A DNA stretch of 48,943 nucleotides, taken from assembly GCA_034663965.1 (NCBI GenBank), contig JAXDIO010000291.1:1-48943 (forward strand). The letters run 5' to 3'. Positions 24,059-33,279 of this stretch are shown here, piece by piece. The notes beneath the pieces are model-generated. The model ran no database searches, was not told the DNA's origin, and saw nothing but the letters and a program-made list of their open reading frames with translations. This DNA is from Thermoanaerobaculia bacterium. GTDB lineage: Bacteria > Acidobacteriota > Thermoanaerobaculia > Gp7-AA8. The translations under genes were made by a program, and so were the position numbers. Every line of letters begins with the position of its first letter. Position 1 is the stretch's first letter.

Positions 24059-24529
24059 CTTCCCCCGAGCCTTCCGCCGATCTTTCTTGAAATTGTGCCG
24101 CGCCTCGGCTTCCTCGACCGAGTGCGACTCCGTGATTTTCGTATCGCGCTTCGCCATCTCGGCCAATCGCTTGTAGTGGATGCGAAGCACCTTCAGCTCT
24201 TCCTCGGAAAGGTCCTCGATCGAAATCAGCCGGTTGCTCGCGCCTTCCATCGCTGCCACGATCTCGTCGAGCTTGAGCTGCACGGCCAGCGCGTCTTTGT
24301 TCTGCGATCGCTGGATCAGGAAGACCATCAGGAACGTGACGATCGTCGTGCCAGTGTTGATCACCAGCTGCCACGTGTCGGAGTAGTGGAAGAGCGGGCC
24401 GGTGATCCCCCAGACGACGATGATGAGAACCGCGATGACGAAGGCGGACGTCGAGCCGGTCCACGCCGTCGCGGCGCTCGCGAAGCGCGACAGGACGTTG
24501 CGATTGTCGGACTGCCGGCGATCTTCCAT
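24047..24529 (-). CDS. Low-affinity iron permease family protein (Fet4-like, PF04120-type)
   Basis: FASAATAWTGSTSAFVIAVLIIVVWGITGPLFHYSDTWQLVINTGTTIVTFLMVFLIQRSQNKD matches the family hallmark. Confidence 0.8.
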   Translation of the reverse strand: MEDRRQSDNRNVLSRFASAATAWTGSTSAFVIAVLIIVVWGITGPLFHYSDTWQLVINTGTTIVTFLMVFLIQRSQNKDALAVQLKLDEIVAAMEGASNRLISIEDLSEEELKVLRIHYKRLAEMAKRDTKITESHSVEEAEARHNFKKDRRKARGKKGE

Positions 24530-24562
24530 GACGCGCCTCCCGGTTGAGCCTGTTCACGCCGG

Positions 24563-25168
24563 GTGCCAGCGCGTCTAGAATGCCCCGCCGTGGTCCGTCA
24601 CATCGTCCGCGCCGTCCTCCTGCTACTGCTCTCTTCATCCGCATTCGCCGGCGATTTCAACATCTACGTCGGCAACGCGACGAGCGAGACCAACCGCCAC
24701 GGCCAGTCGCGTTTCCGCACGATCAGTTTCGAATTGACCGGCAAACCGCGGCTGCTGCACTACATCGAACGCTATCTCTCCGATGCCCGCGCCGGCGTCG
24801 ACATCGACTACGCCGACGTCCGCCAGCCGCGAAGCTGGTTCGGCTACACCTACGGCGATCCCGACGATTCCGTGCGCGCCGAATGGGCGCATTTCTTCGT
24901 TCGCAACTACTGGCGCACGTCGTCGAACATGCTGCGGCCGTACGTCGATATCGGCACCGGCCCGATGTGGTCGAACCGTCGCATTCCGGCGGCGACGTCA
25001 AAGCTGAATTTCAATTCGCAGCTCGGACTGGGCGTCGTGATTTTCCCGAACGCGCGGATGCCGCTCTCCGTTGGCTACCGCTTCTTCCACATCTCGAACG
25101 GCGGTCTGACCGGACGTAACCCCGGACTGAACGTGAACGGATTCTTCGTCGGAACGCGGCTGCGCTGA
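24563..25168 (+). CDS. Acyloxyacyl hydrolase / lipid A 3-O-deacylase (PagL-like) outer-membrane protein
   Basis: Signal peptide, then the C-terminal motif YRFFHISNGGLTGRNPGLNVNGFFVGTRL. The GTG at 24590 is an alternative start. Confidence 0.65.
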   Translation: MPARLECPAVVRHIVRAVLLLLLSSSAFAGDFNIYVGNATSETNRHGQSRFRTISFELTGKPRLLHYIERYLSDARAGVDIDYADVRQPRSWFGYTYGDPDDSVRAEWAHFFVRNYWRTSSNMLRPYVDIGTGPMWSNRRIPAATSKLNFNSQLGLGVVIFPNARMPLSVGYRFFHISNGGLTGRNPGLNVNGFFVGTRLR

Positions 25169-25207
25169 CGCTGCGGATGCTATCGTCCGCCTTCTTCTCG
25201 CATGCGA

Positions 25208-25305
25208 GGAGGCGAATGGGGTCTGGTGGCTCCCGCGGTCTTCAAAACCGTTGTTTCGGCGCGGAAGCGTCGAAAGGTTGGTTCGATTCCGACGCGCCTC
25301 CGCCA
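25208..25305 (+). tRNA. selC: tRNA-Sec (anticodon UCA), CCA encoded
   Basis: 98 nt. Hand fold gives an acceptor stem of 7 bp plus an A-G pair, a 5-bp T stem with TTCGATT loop, a 6-position D stem and an anticodon loop CTTCAAA. The variable arm is a 9-bp stem (TTTCGGCGC-GGAA-GCGTCGAAA). Confidence 0.85.
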
Positions 25306-25397
25306 GGCCGGCACGGCCGGCGGCGTTGGTTGCCCAAGGCTCGGCTGCCGTCGGTGTGATCGTCCACTGCTGCGACCGGGCTAGACTCTTCGGCTGA

Positions 25398-27080
25398 ATG
25401 GCTCGCGGTTCGTGGTCGATTCGGTGGTGGCTCAGCATCCTCGCTGCGGCGCTGGCGATTCCGCTGTTGAGTCTTCTGGCGTGGCTTTATTTTTCGCAGG
25501 TCCAGCGCGAAGAGCAGGAAGCGCGCGCTACGGCCTTGCGTATCGCGCGCGCCACTGCGGCGCGGTTGCAGGCGATGCACGAAGACGGATTGTCGCTGCT
25601 GCAGCGGATCGCCGCGAGACAGATCGACGCGGGTTCGTGCGCATCCCTGATGCCCGTCGTCGACTTCGACGTGCGCGACGAGAACCTTTTTCTCTTCGAC
25701 GCTGATGGACATTTTCTTTGTGCCGGCGAGTCGGAAGTCTCGCGCGATACCACGCTTGCGGAGAGCTGGATCGGGCACGAGCTGCAGTCGCATCAGCTCC
25801 GGCCGCGAGTCCCGGCGATGGGCATGCTCAATGGCCGCTGGGCTTCGATCCTTTCGCTCCCCGTGAATCGCGCCACGCTCGTCCTGTTGCAGTATCCCGA
25901 CACGTCAAACGACGTGCTTGCTCCGGACGCGACAGTCACGATCATCGATCGCGACGGCACGATCGTTTCTCGCTGGCCGAAGTCCGGCTCGTGGCCGGGC
26001 CGCAAGGCGCGCGGGACGGATCTGCTCAACATTTCCAGGCGGCAACGCGAAGGGATTGCCGAGGCAGTCGGATTGGATGGCGTGTCGCGGCAGTACGGCT
26101 TCACGATGTTGCCGGCGCTGGGGTGGTACATCTATGCCGGCATCCCCACTTCGTCCGTCATGGAAGAAGTGAGGCAGACCTTCATGCGCGGCATTGCCGG
26201 CGGCATCATCATTCTGATCGTGATCATCATCGTCGCTACGATGCTTTCGCGTACGATCGAGCGGCCGGTGGCTGCGCTCTCGCGCGCGGCCGAGGGAGCC
26301 GCGGCCGGCGCGTACTCGCAGGTGGCGGAGGAAGGGCCGCGCGAGATCGCGCAACTCGCGAACAGCTTCAACACCATGCTTCGTCGCCGGCTCGAATCCG
26401 AAAAAAGACTCCTCGAAGACGAACGCGAGTTGAAGGCGCTTTCGGAACGTATGCTGCTGGTTCAGGAGGAGGAGCGCACCCGGATCGCGCGCGAGCTTCA
26501 CGACGACCTCGGGCAGGCGCTGACCGCGCTGAAGATGGATGTCGGCGGACTGCTGGCGATGACGCCGCCGTCCGTATCCGACGAGCCGTTGCGCACGCGC
26601 ATCATGAACACGCTCGACGAGACGGTGACGGCAGTGCAGCGGATTTCCTCCGAGTTGCGGCCGAGCACTCTCGACGACCTTGGACTAGCCGCCGCTATCG
26701 AAGCCGAAGCCTCGCGATTCGAGCAACGCACAGGAATCGAGTGCGAGCTTTCGCTGCCGGATGACCCTTCGCTGCAAGTCGAAGGCGCGGCTGCCACCGC
26801 CATCTATCGCATCGTGCAGGAAGCGCTGACGAATGTTTCGCGCCACGCCAATGCGTCGCGCGTGGAGCTACGGCTCCGCTTGCGTCCCGAAGAATTGCTG
26901 CTGGAGATTCGCGACGATGGCCGCGGCATCACCACCGCACAGCTTGACGATCCCTTTTCTCTCGGCTTGATCGGAATCCGCGAGCGGGCCGGCCTGGCGG
27001 GCGGCACCGTGCGCATCGAAGGCATTGCAGGCCGCGGTACGATCGTTTCCGTGCGCATCCCGCAGGCGGCTTCCGTATGA
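25398..27080 (+). CDS. Sensor histidine kinase, NarX/LiaS class (2 TM, periplasmic sensor domain, HAMP, HisKA_3, HATPase_c)
   Basis: RIARELHDDLGQALTALK (H-box of HisKA_3), IVQEALTNVSRHA (N-box), DDGRGI (G1). Confidence 0.85.
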   Translation: MARGSWSIRWWLSILAAALAIPLLSLLAWLYFSQVQREEQEARATALRIARATAARLQAMHEDGLSLLQRIAARQIDAGSCASLMPVVDFDVRDENLFLFDADGHFLCAGESEVSRDTTLAESWIGHELQSHQLRPRVPAMGMLNGRWASILSLPVNRATLVLLQYPDTSNDVLAPDATVTIIDRDGTIVSRWPKSGSWPGRKARGTDLLNISRRQREGIAEAVGLDGVSRQYGFTMLPALGWYIYAGIPTSSVMEEVRQTFMRGIAGGIIILIVIIIVATMLSRTIERPVAALSRAAEGAAAGAYSQVAEEGPREIAQLANSFNTMLRRRLESEKRLLEDERELKALSERMLLVQEEERTRIARELHDDLGQALTALKMDVGGLLAMTPPSVSDEPLRTRIMNTLDETVTAVQRISSELRPSTLDDLGLAAAIEAEASRFEQRTGIECELSLPDDPSLQVEGAAATAIYRIVQEALTNVSRHANASRVELRLRLRPEELLLEIRDDGRGITTAQLDDPFSLGLIGIRERAGLAGGTVRIEGIAGRGTIVSVRIPQAASV

Positions 27081-27712
27081 TCCGAGTGCTCATTGCCGAC
27101 GATCACGACATCGTCCGCGAAGGTGTGAAGCAGATCGTTTCCGAGACGAGCGACATCGTTGTCGGCGGCGAAGCTCGCACCGGCGCCGAGGCGCTCGACC
27201 GGGCGCGGCAGGGCGGATGGGACGTGGTCATCCTCGATCTCAATCTTCCCGACCGCTCCGGCCTCGACGTTCTTGCGCAGTTGCGCGCGGTGGCTGCCGA
27301 CACTCCGGTACTGATCCTCAGCATGCACGGCGAAGCGTCGTACGCGGCTCGGGCGCTGAAAGCTGGCGCAGCGGGCTACGTGAGCAAGAGCACTGCGCGC
27401 GAGCACCTCGTCACCGCGATCCGCAAACTTGCGAACGGCGAACGGTTTCTGACTCCGGAGCTGGCGGAAAGCCTTGCCTTCGGAATGATGGGCGCCAAAA
27501 CCAGCGGCCATCAGTCGCTGTCGGATCGCGAGTTTCAGGTGCTCTGCCTCATCGCCGCGGGGCGTCCGCCGCGCGAAATCGCCGCAGAATTGAATGTCAG
27601 CGTGAAGACGGTGGCCACGCATCGCGCGCGGCTGCTGCAGAAGATGGGATTGAGAAACAACGCGGAGCTGGTCCGCTACGCGATCGATCATCAGCTCCTG
27701 CCGGCTAGGTAA
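27077..27712 (+). CDS. NarL/FixJ-family response regulator (REC + LuxR-type HTH)
   Basis: MIRVLIADDHDIVREG...VVILDLNLPDRSG, and the C-terminal LSDREFQVLCLIAAGRPPREIAAELNVSVKTVATHRARLLQKMG. ATGA-type overlap with the kinase gene. Confidence 0.9.
   Translation: MIRVLIADDHDIVREGVKQIVSETSDIVVGGEARTGAEALDRARQGGWDVVILDLNLPDRSGLDVLAQLRAVAADTPVLILSMHGEASYAARALKAGAAGYVSKSTAREHLVTAIRKLANGERFLTPELAESLAFGMMGAKTSGHQSLSDREFQVLCLIAAGRPPREIAAELNVSVKTVATHRARLLQKMGLRNNAELVRYAIDHQLLPAR
27674..27712 (+). repeat. Direct repeat copy 1 (39 nt, cgctacgcgatcgatcatcagctcctgccggctaggtaa). This is the last 12 codons plus stop of the response-regulator gene.
   Basis: Identical 39-mer at 33331-33369. Confidence 0.9.
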
Positions 27713-27834
27713 GAGACGTCGTTACGATTATTGGCACTTCCGCAATGCCGCAGCGCCGGGGTTTAGTGTAGGATCTCAATGCGTATTGCCTCCGCCGAAT
27801 CGTGGTGTTCGATCGTTCACAGTTTGGGGTGCTT

Positions 27835-30800
27835 ATGAAAATCGCTCGATACCTGCTCGTGGTCTTTAGTTTTACGTTGTTAGTGGCTACGAACCTGATC
27901 GCACAATCCGACCCCGAACCTCCCTGCACGGCTTCGATGACATTTGAGCTGACCAGCACGGGTGTTCTGATACATTTTGAAGGCACTGTACCGGGGCCGG
28001 AATATGCACCTAACGGTGTGCACCTCGCCATCATCGAAGTGTTTCCGGGTCGATTGCAACGGGTGGTGGGGGGCGGCACCTGCGACTTCCCCGCCTCAAC
28101 CTGTTCTACCACCCTTTTTGTTGACGGCTGCGTAAGCGCGCCCCGGTACGGAGGGGACGTGGCACCTTGCCATACTACGCAGGGAACAACCGTCATCAAT
28201 CCTGTCATAGACCGTCAGCCGACAATCAACAAATTCGACGCCAGAGCTTCGAGTGCAAAGATTGATGTGACATTCCCGCATCAGGGTTTTTCTGGCATTC
28301 TTCCTCGAGTCCGTCTGAATTGGGCGCCGTCGAATGAAATCGCTGCTTCTGGCTTTGGCTCCGGTTCTCCGAGCTTCGACGCGAATGGAAACCGTATTCA
28401 GCCTTACGATCCTTCGTTCCCGGCGCCTCCAGGAACGATTGGTGTCTTCGCGACGGCCTTCTCTTGTGATAGTGGACTGGTAGATTTCGCCTTCGCCCCG
28501 TTGCCGGACAAAGACACTGGTTGCGATGGCTCCGCCGCCGCTAATTGTAACGGATGCGAGAAGGGCTGCGTCGGTGATCCAATCCGCACTAGCAACGGTA
28601 ACGTTCGATACACGGAGACCGATCCCCTGCCTTCGAACCGCGCGTTCAAGCTGGTCCGTATCTACGACAGCAAGTCGCCTTCTGCCGGTGTTTTTGGCAC
28701 GCATTGGACATCGCCGTTTGATGCGCATGCGTACACGATCAATCTTGGCTCAGGCTCGCTGGACGATTCCCACCGCGCTGTTTTCCTGCAGACGGAGCGA
28801 AGCCAGAGTGTCGCCTTTGTGCGGCCAACGTCCTCCCAGCCGTACCGCCAGGTCTGGCCTCGCAACCAGGCAGCGCAAGGGAAGCTCACATTCGATGGAA
28901 CGTCCTACATTTATCAGGCGGACGGCGATGGAATCGTCCGTACGTATAACGCTGCAACAGGCTTGATCACCGGCTATCGTTTCGTTGCCGATGACCAGGG
29001 CGTCGCAATTTCCTGGCAAGGCGCTTTCCCAACCACTGTTACGGACAATCGCGGCAACTGGACGCTGAATATCACCAACGACGGGACGCTGATTACGAGC
29101 GTGGGGGTCAGCGGGCAGGCCTCTCTGTTATGGTCGTATATCCATGCAGCTGGGATGCTGATCAACGTAAGCGACGCTGGCGCCAACCTCTGGCGGACGT
29201 ATGTGTATGACAGCAACGCCTTGCTCGATCAGGTACTGGACGCCCGCGGCGCAACGATCGAAAGCCACCAGTACGATGCCGCGGGCAATGGAATTACATC
29301 GAGCGGTCCAAGTGGCGAAGTAACAAGCGTCGTCTACAACCCATCTGACAGGACGCCGCGGACGCCTGACGAAACGATCACCAGCGTCACGTACGGGAGC
29401 AACTATCGCGCAGACTACTACATGCGTCCGATTGCGGGCCGGCTGCGCGTGGTCACCATCAACGGCCCTTGTACTTCCTGTGACATGAACGATGTGGTCG
29501 ATACCTACGATGACCATGGCAACGTCCTGCGCGAGCAGGACGGGCGTGGTTACATCACGTTGTTCACGTACGATCAGAGTGGAAGCACTCTCGTGACTAC
29601 TTCCGGACCGTGGAATCCCGCATCCTGCGATCCGGCCACCGACTCGTTGCAGTGTCGGTTGACGCCGGACGATCTCACGAATGTTGCACTGACAGCGACG
29701 ACCGCGACGAAGAGTGCCAGCTATGCCTATGTAGACGCGAATTGGCCGTCGCGCGCCACGCACATCGCTTCACCCAGTCTCCTGCAGCCCGGTGGAATCA
29801 GGCAGGTGACCACCACGTACGACGCGCTCTCAGGCGAGGCGCTCGTGAGTACCGTCGCTGGCTACACCGGTCAGGACTTCCATCCCGAGGCACATGCGAC
29901 CACTGTTTCTCTGTATGACGGAATTGAAGGCGCGGTGTTCAGTCCGGGGGGGAGCTTTGATCCGACATGGGAGACCAAGCCGCAGCCGCGGGCGTCCCGG
30001 AAGTCAATCGACGGACCTCGAACGGATGCTTCGGACCTCACGAAATACGTCTACTACCCGGTCGATCCAGCGGTCCCGGCCATCCTTCGTGGACGGCTTG
30101 CCGCTGTGCGAAATGCGGTTGGTCACATCGTACGCATGGAGAACTACGATGTCTTCGGCCATGCCACGAGGGTGGTCGACGCAAACGGTGTGGCAACTGA
30201 AACCACCTATGACGCTCTCGGCCGGCTGCGGACTTCTACGTTGAAAGGGGTCGCGGGCTGCGATACGGCCGCAGACCCGCTCTGCGGCACCGATCTGACC
30301 AGCACGAACACATTCGTTCCGCCGAGCGGCCCGCTCACGACTTCGGTCCGGCCGAGCGGTGTGCTGTCCGTTTATTCGTACGACAATCGAGGCCGGGTCG
30401 CCTCGCTCGCTCGGGGTGCTACGGCAGTCAGCCTCTCGGAGCGAATCGAATACGACTACAACCCCGCGAACGACCTCAAGAGCCAGGAGCGGTATGTTGA
30501 TGTCGCGGCCGGAAATGCGGTTAGACGACGGGAGTCGTACAGTTACGACGCCTCGAACCGTCTCGCGTTGCTCACACACGACGACACGACCACCGTTGGC
30601 TATTCGTATGACGGTTCAGGACACCTCATCACAGTCAAGGACGAACGGCATGTCTCACCGAACACGACGAACAGCTACGATGCCGCGGGGCGCCTTTTGA
30701 AAGTGACCCAAGTTCTCTCGGCCGCAGTCGGTGGAACGATCTCGACCCAGTACGGCTACGACATCAATGACAACCTGACCTCGGTCACGGATCCGAACGG

Positions 30801-32919
30801 CAACATTACTACGTACCTGTACGACGATTTCGGTCGGATGCTCAAGCAGGTCAGTCCTGTCACCGGCACGTCGACGTACGCGTACGATGCAGCTGGCAAC
30901 ATCGCCTCCAGTATCGATGCGAATGGAGCAACAACAGTACGGACCTACGACGCGGCGAATCGCGCGCTGACGGCTGTCTCGACATGCCAGACGTCGGAGA
31001 ATACCGACCCGTCTGAGACCGTGAGCTGGACTTACGACGATTCCATGGCGGGCCGGTTCGGCATCGGCCGTCTTGCGGCGATGACCGACCCCTCCGGTTC
31101 CACGAATTACGCCTATGACCGCAGAGGCTCGCTCCGGAGCGAGGACCGCCTGATCGGCACTTGGTCGTCCTCCACGGCCTATCAGTACGATGCGGACGGG
31201 AATCGCACGAAGCTGGGCGACCTCGAATATGCCTACGACCATGCCGGCCGTCCGCTGGCCGTCTCCCGGCGCACCTGTTCGGGCTGCACTCCGACGCCCT
31301 TGATTTCGTCAGCGTCCTACCTTCCGTTTGGACCGGAAACGGATCTCTTCTTCGGCAATGGCACGCGGCAAACCAAGACGTACGACACGCGCTATCGGAT
31401 CACGGAGAACAGGCTCACTGGACCAGGAGCGCTGACGCTCGCGGATTTCGCCTACGTGACGGACGCCGGCGGCAATATCACCACAATTCAGGATTCGGTC
31501 GACGCCGCGTACAACCGGACGTTCGGTTATGACGACATCAACCGCCTGATCACCGCGAACACCGGTTCATCGCTGTGGAGCATCGGGACCTATTCATACG
31601 ATCGGATGGGGAACATGCTGTCCTCACAGATCGGTGACCGTACGGAGGCGTTCACCTATACGGGCACGACACCGCTCATCGCGGCGCAAACCGAGCAAGG
31701 GACGGCATTCGGTATGACCTACGATGCCTCCGGGAACGAGCTGTTCGCCCATTATGTGGCGCCCTCCGCTCATGGCGGCGATGGCGATGGCGATGGCGAA
31801 AGCGGAGGCGGACCAATCCCGCCAAGCAATGGCATCTACGTCAGTCGCACGTACTCCTGCCGTAACCTCATGGCCGCGGAATTCACGTCCAATCAGTACA
31901 GGTGCAGCCACCCGCCATGCCATCCTGGTTTGCCAGGAAACATCTACTTGTACACGTATGACGGCCGAGGCGTGCGGGTGCGGGTCACGGCGAACGGCGG
32001 CGGCCAGGAAAACGAATACGTGTACACGCCGGAGCTACAGTTGCTGCAGCGCAGGAACGCGATTTCCGCCGCGGTCGACGAATTCGTCTGGTTCAACGGC
32101 CACGCCGTGGCCCAACTCTCCTCCCAGACGTCCACTCCCGTCTTTACGTTCACCGACCACCTCGGAACGCCGGTTGCCCAAACAGACGCCGCAGCGAATC
32201 TAGTCTGGTTCGCCGACTACGAGCCGTATGGCCGTATCTATCAAACGCGCCTGTCAAACGTGGACCAGCCTCTCCGTCTGCCCGGGCAGGATGTAGCCTT
32301 CCCGGGTGAAGTGGACGAAAACTACAACATCTTCAGATGGTACCGGAGCGCGTGGGGTCGGTACACTCAGGCGGATCCGATCCGTTCGATAGAATCACCT
32401 TTCGCTTACGCCGATGATCGTCCGCTTATGCTTATTGATCCGACGGGACTCTCGACTGTAAATTTCGGTCCCGTTCAAAAGCATGCCGTCGGTATTGGCG
32501 ACGCGCACCGCGAATGCGCTTCTGCTGCTTTTGGACTAAAGGGATGTGCACGACTCACGGGCTTTAGGTTCGACTGTAAGTGCCAATGCGCTGGAGGAGC
32601 CTTCACGCGAAGCATATCGGTGACGTCGGCCGCAATCGATGTGTTCGCCGCGACGAACGCGCCGACGGACGAATTTATCCAAAAAGGCCTAGTTCCTGTG
32701 GAGGACATTTTTACAGAAGAGATGAAACATGTTAGGGATTTTCAGGCATTTGCGGCTTCTATTAAGGACAGCCTAGATTATCTCGAAGAGACGCCCTACA
32801 CGAGCTCGAGGCAATGCAAGGCAGGCTGCCGGGCCGCTCAGGATTGGTTTATTGCATTGATTAGGCATCATATCGCCGTAGTTGACGCGTCGCATCCGCC
32901 AGGTTACTATGCACCTTGA
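27835..32919 (+). CDS. RHS/YD-repeat polymorphic toxin with Sec signal peptide, Cys-rich N-terminal domain, RHS shell, DPxGL cleavage motif and a variable C-terminal domain
   Basis: MKIARYLLVVFSFTLLVATNLIAQS signal peptide. Dozens of YD repeats (YxYDxxGNL, YDALGRL etc.), then RWYRSAWGRYTQADP and the core-closing LIDPTGL at 32437-32451. Confidence 0.9.
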   Translation: MKIARYLLVVFSFTLLVATNLIAQSDPEPPCTASMTFELTSTGVLIHFEGTVPGPEYAPNGVHLAIIEVFPGRLQRVVGGGTCDFPASTCSTTLFVDGCVSAPRYGGDVAPCHTTQGTTVINPVIDRQPTINKFDARASSAKIDVTFPHQGFSGILPRVRLNWAPSNEIAASGFGSGSPSFDANGNRIQPYDPSFPAPPGTIGVFATAFSCDSGLVDFAFAPLPDKDTGCDGSAAANCNGCEKGCVGDPIRTSNGNVRYTETDPLPSNRAFKLVRIYDSKSPSAGVFGTHWTSPFDAHAYTINLGSGSLDDSHRAVFLQTERSQSVAFVRPTSSQPYRQVWPRNQAAQGKLTFDGTSYIYQADGDGIVRTYNAATGLITGYRFVADDQGVAISWQGAFPTTVTDNRGNWTLNITNDGTLITSVGVSGQASLLWSYIHAAGMLINVSDAGANLWRTYVYDSNALLDQVLDARGATIESHQYDAAGNGITSSGPSGEVTSVVYNPSDRTPRTPDETITSVTYGSNYRADYYMRPIAGRLRVVTINGPCTSCDMNDVVDTYDDHGNVLREQDGRGYITLFTYDQSGSTLVTTSGPWNPASCDPATDSLQCRLTPDDLTNVALTATTATKSASYAYVDANWPSRATHIASPSLLQPGGIRQVTTTYDALSGEALVSTVAGYTGQDFHPEAHATTVSLYDGIEGAVFSPGGSFDPTWETKPQPRASRKSIDGPRTDASDLTKYVYYPVDPAVPAILRGRLAAVRNAVGHIVRMENYDVFGHATRVVDANGVATETTYDALGRLRTSTLKGVAGCDTAADPLCGTDLTSTNTFVPPSGPLTTSVRPSGVLSVYSYDNRGRVASLARGATAVSLSERIEYDYNPANDLKSQERYVDVAAGNAVRRRESYSYDASNRLALLTHDDTTTVGYSYDGSGHLITVKDERHVSPNTTNSYDAAGRLLKVTQVLSAAVGGTISTQYGYDINDNLTSVTDPNGNITTYLYDDFGRMLKQVSPVTGTSTYAYDAAGNIASSIDANGATTVRTYDAANRALTAVSTCQTSENTDPSETVSWTYDDSMAGRFGIGRLAAMTDPSGSTNYAYDRRGSLRSEDRLIGTWSSSTAYQYDADGNRTKLGDLEYAYDHAGRPLAVSRRTCSGCTPTPLISSASYLPFGPETDLFFGNGTRQTKTYDTRYRITENRLTGPGALTLADFAYVTDAGGNITTIQDSVDAAYNRTFGYDDINRLITANTGSSLWSIGTYSYDRMGNMLSSQIGDRTEAFTYTGTTPLIAAQTEQGTAFGMTYDASGNELFAHYVAPSAHGGDGDGDGESGGGPIPPSNGIYVSRTYSCRNLMAAEFTSNQYRCSHPPCHPGLPGNIYLYTYDGRGVRVRVTANGGGQENEYVYTPELQLLQRRNAISAAVDEFVWFNGHAVAQLSSQTSTPVFTFTDHLGTPVAQTDAAANLVWFADYEPYGRIYQTRLSNVDQPLRLPGQDVAFPGEVDENYNIFRWYRSAWGRYTQADPIRSIESPFAYADDRPLMLIDPTGLSTVNFGPVQKHAVGIGDAHRECASAAFGLKGCARLTGFRFDCKCQCAGGAFTRSISVTSAAIDVFAATNAPTDEFIQKGLVPVEDIFTEEMKHVRDFQAFAASIKDSLDYLEETPYTSSRQCKAGCRAAQDWFIALIRHHIAVVDASHPPGYYAP
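32452..32916 (+). other. RHS C-terminal tip (155 aa), unassigned Cys-rich putative toxin domain
   Basis: Begins directly after DPTGL. It has 7 Cys (ECASA, KGCAR, DCKCQCAGG, QCKAGC). It is visibly more AT-rich than the RHS core. I recognise no motif. Confidence 0.5.
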
Positions 32920-33262
32920 TCCTTTGCGTTCCTATTTCGTTGCCTGCATTCTCTTGTTGGTGGCTGGTTGCCGGCGAGCACAGTCTCCGGTTAGGAGGCC
33001 CGTGAACAGCGAACAGTTGGCCACGATCACCCAAAATATGACAGCAACGGAAGTCAGGACTAGAATTGGGGCACCGTCCTTCGAGTGGCCGGTTCGTGTC
33101 TTTTCAAAGCAGGGGTATCCGTTCGACAAATCTTGCGATCAAAAGCCCCTTGCTACAATGTGGGTTTACTACGATGACAGAGGCAGTTCGGCGTGTATTT
33201 ATTTCGACTCCAGCGCACGTGTGATTTGTGCCGAAAGCAACGTAATTGTAATTGCAAATTAG
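32909..33262 (+). CDS. Small lipoprotein, putative cognate immunity protein (possible BamE/SmpA_OmlA-like fold)
   Basis: Overlaps the RHS stop by 11 nt. Lipobox LLVAGC, MTATEVRTRIGAPS segment, and lower GC like the toxin tip. Confidence 0.55.
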   Translation: MHLDPLRSYFVACILLLVAGCRRAQSPVRRPVNSEQLATITQNMTATEVRTRIGAPSFEWPVRVFSKQGYPFDKSCDQKPLATMWVYYDDRGSSACIYFDSSARVICAESNVIVIAN

Positions 33263-33279
33263 CACCACAACGGCTCGCA

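Noticed and set aside
31780-31815. GGDGDGDGESGGG low-complexity insert inside the RHS shell
   Set aside because: It is a short acidic/Gly loop within an otherwise normal YD-repeat region, and there is no evidence that it is more than a surface loop expansion.
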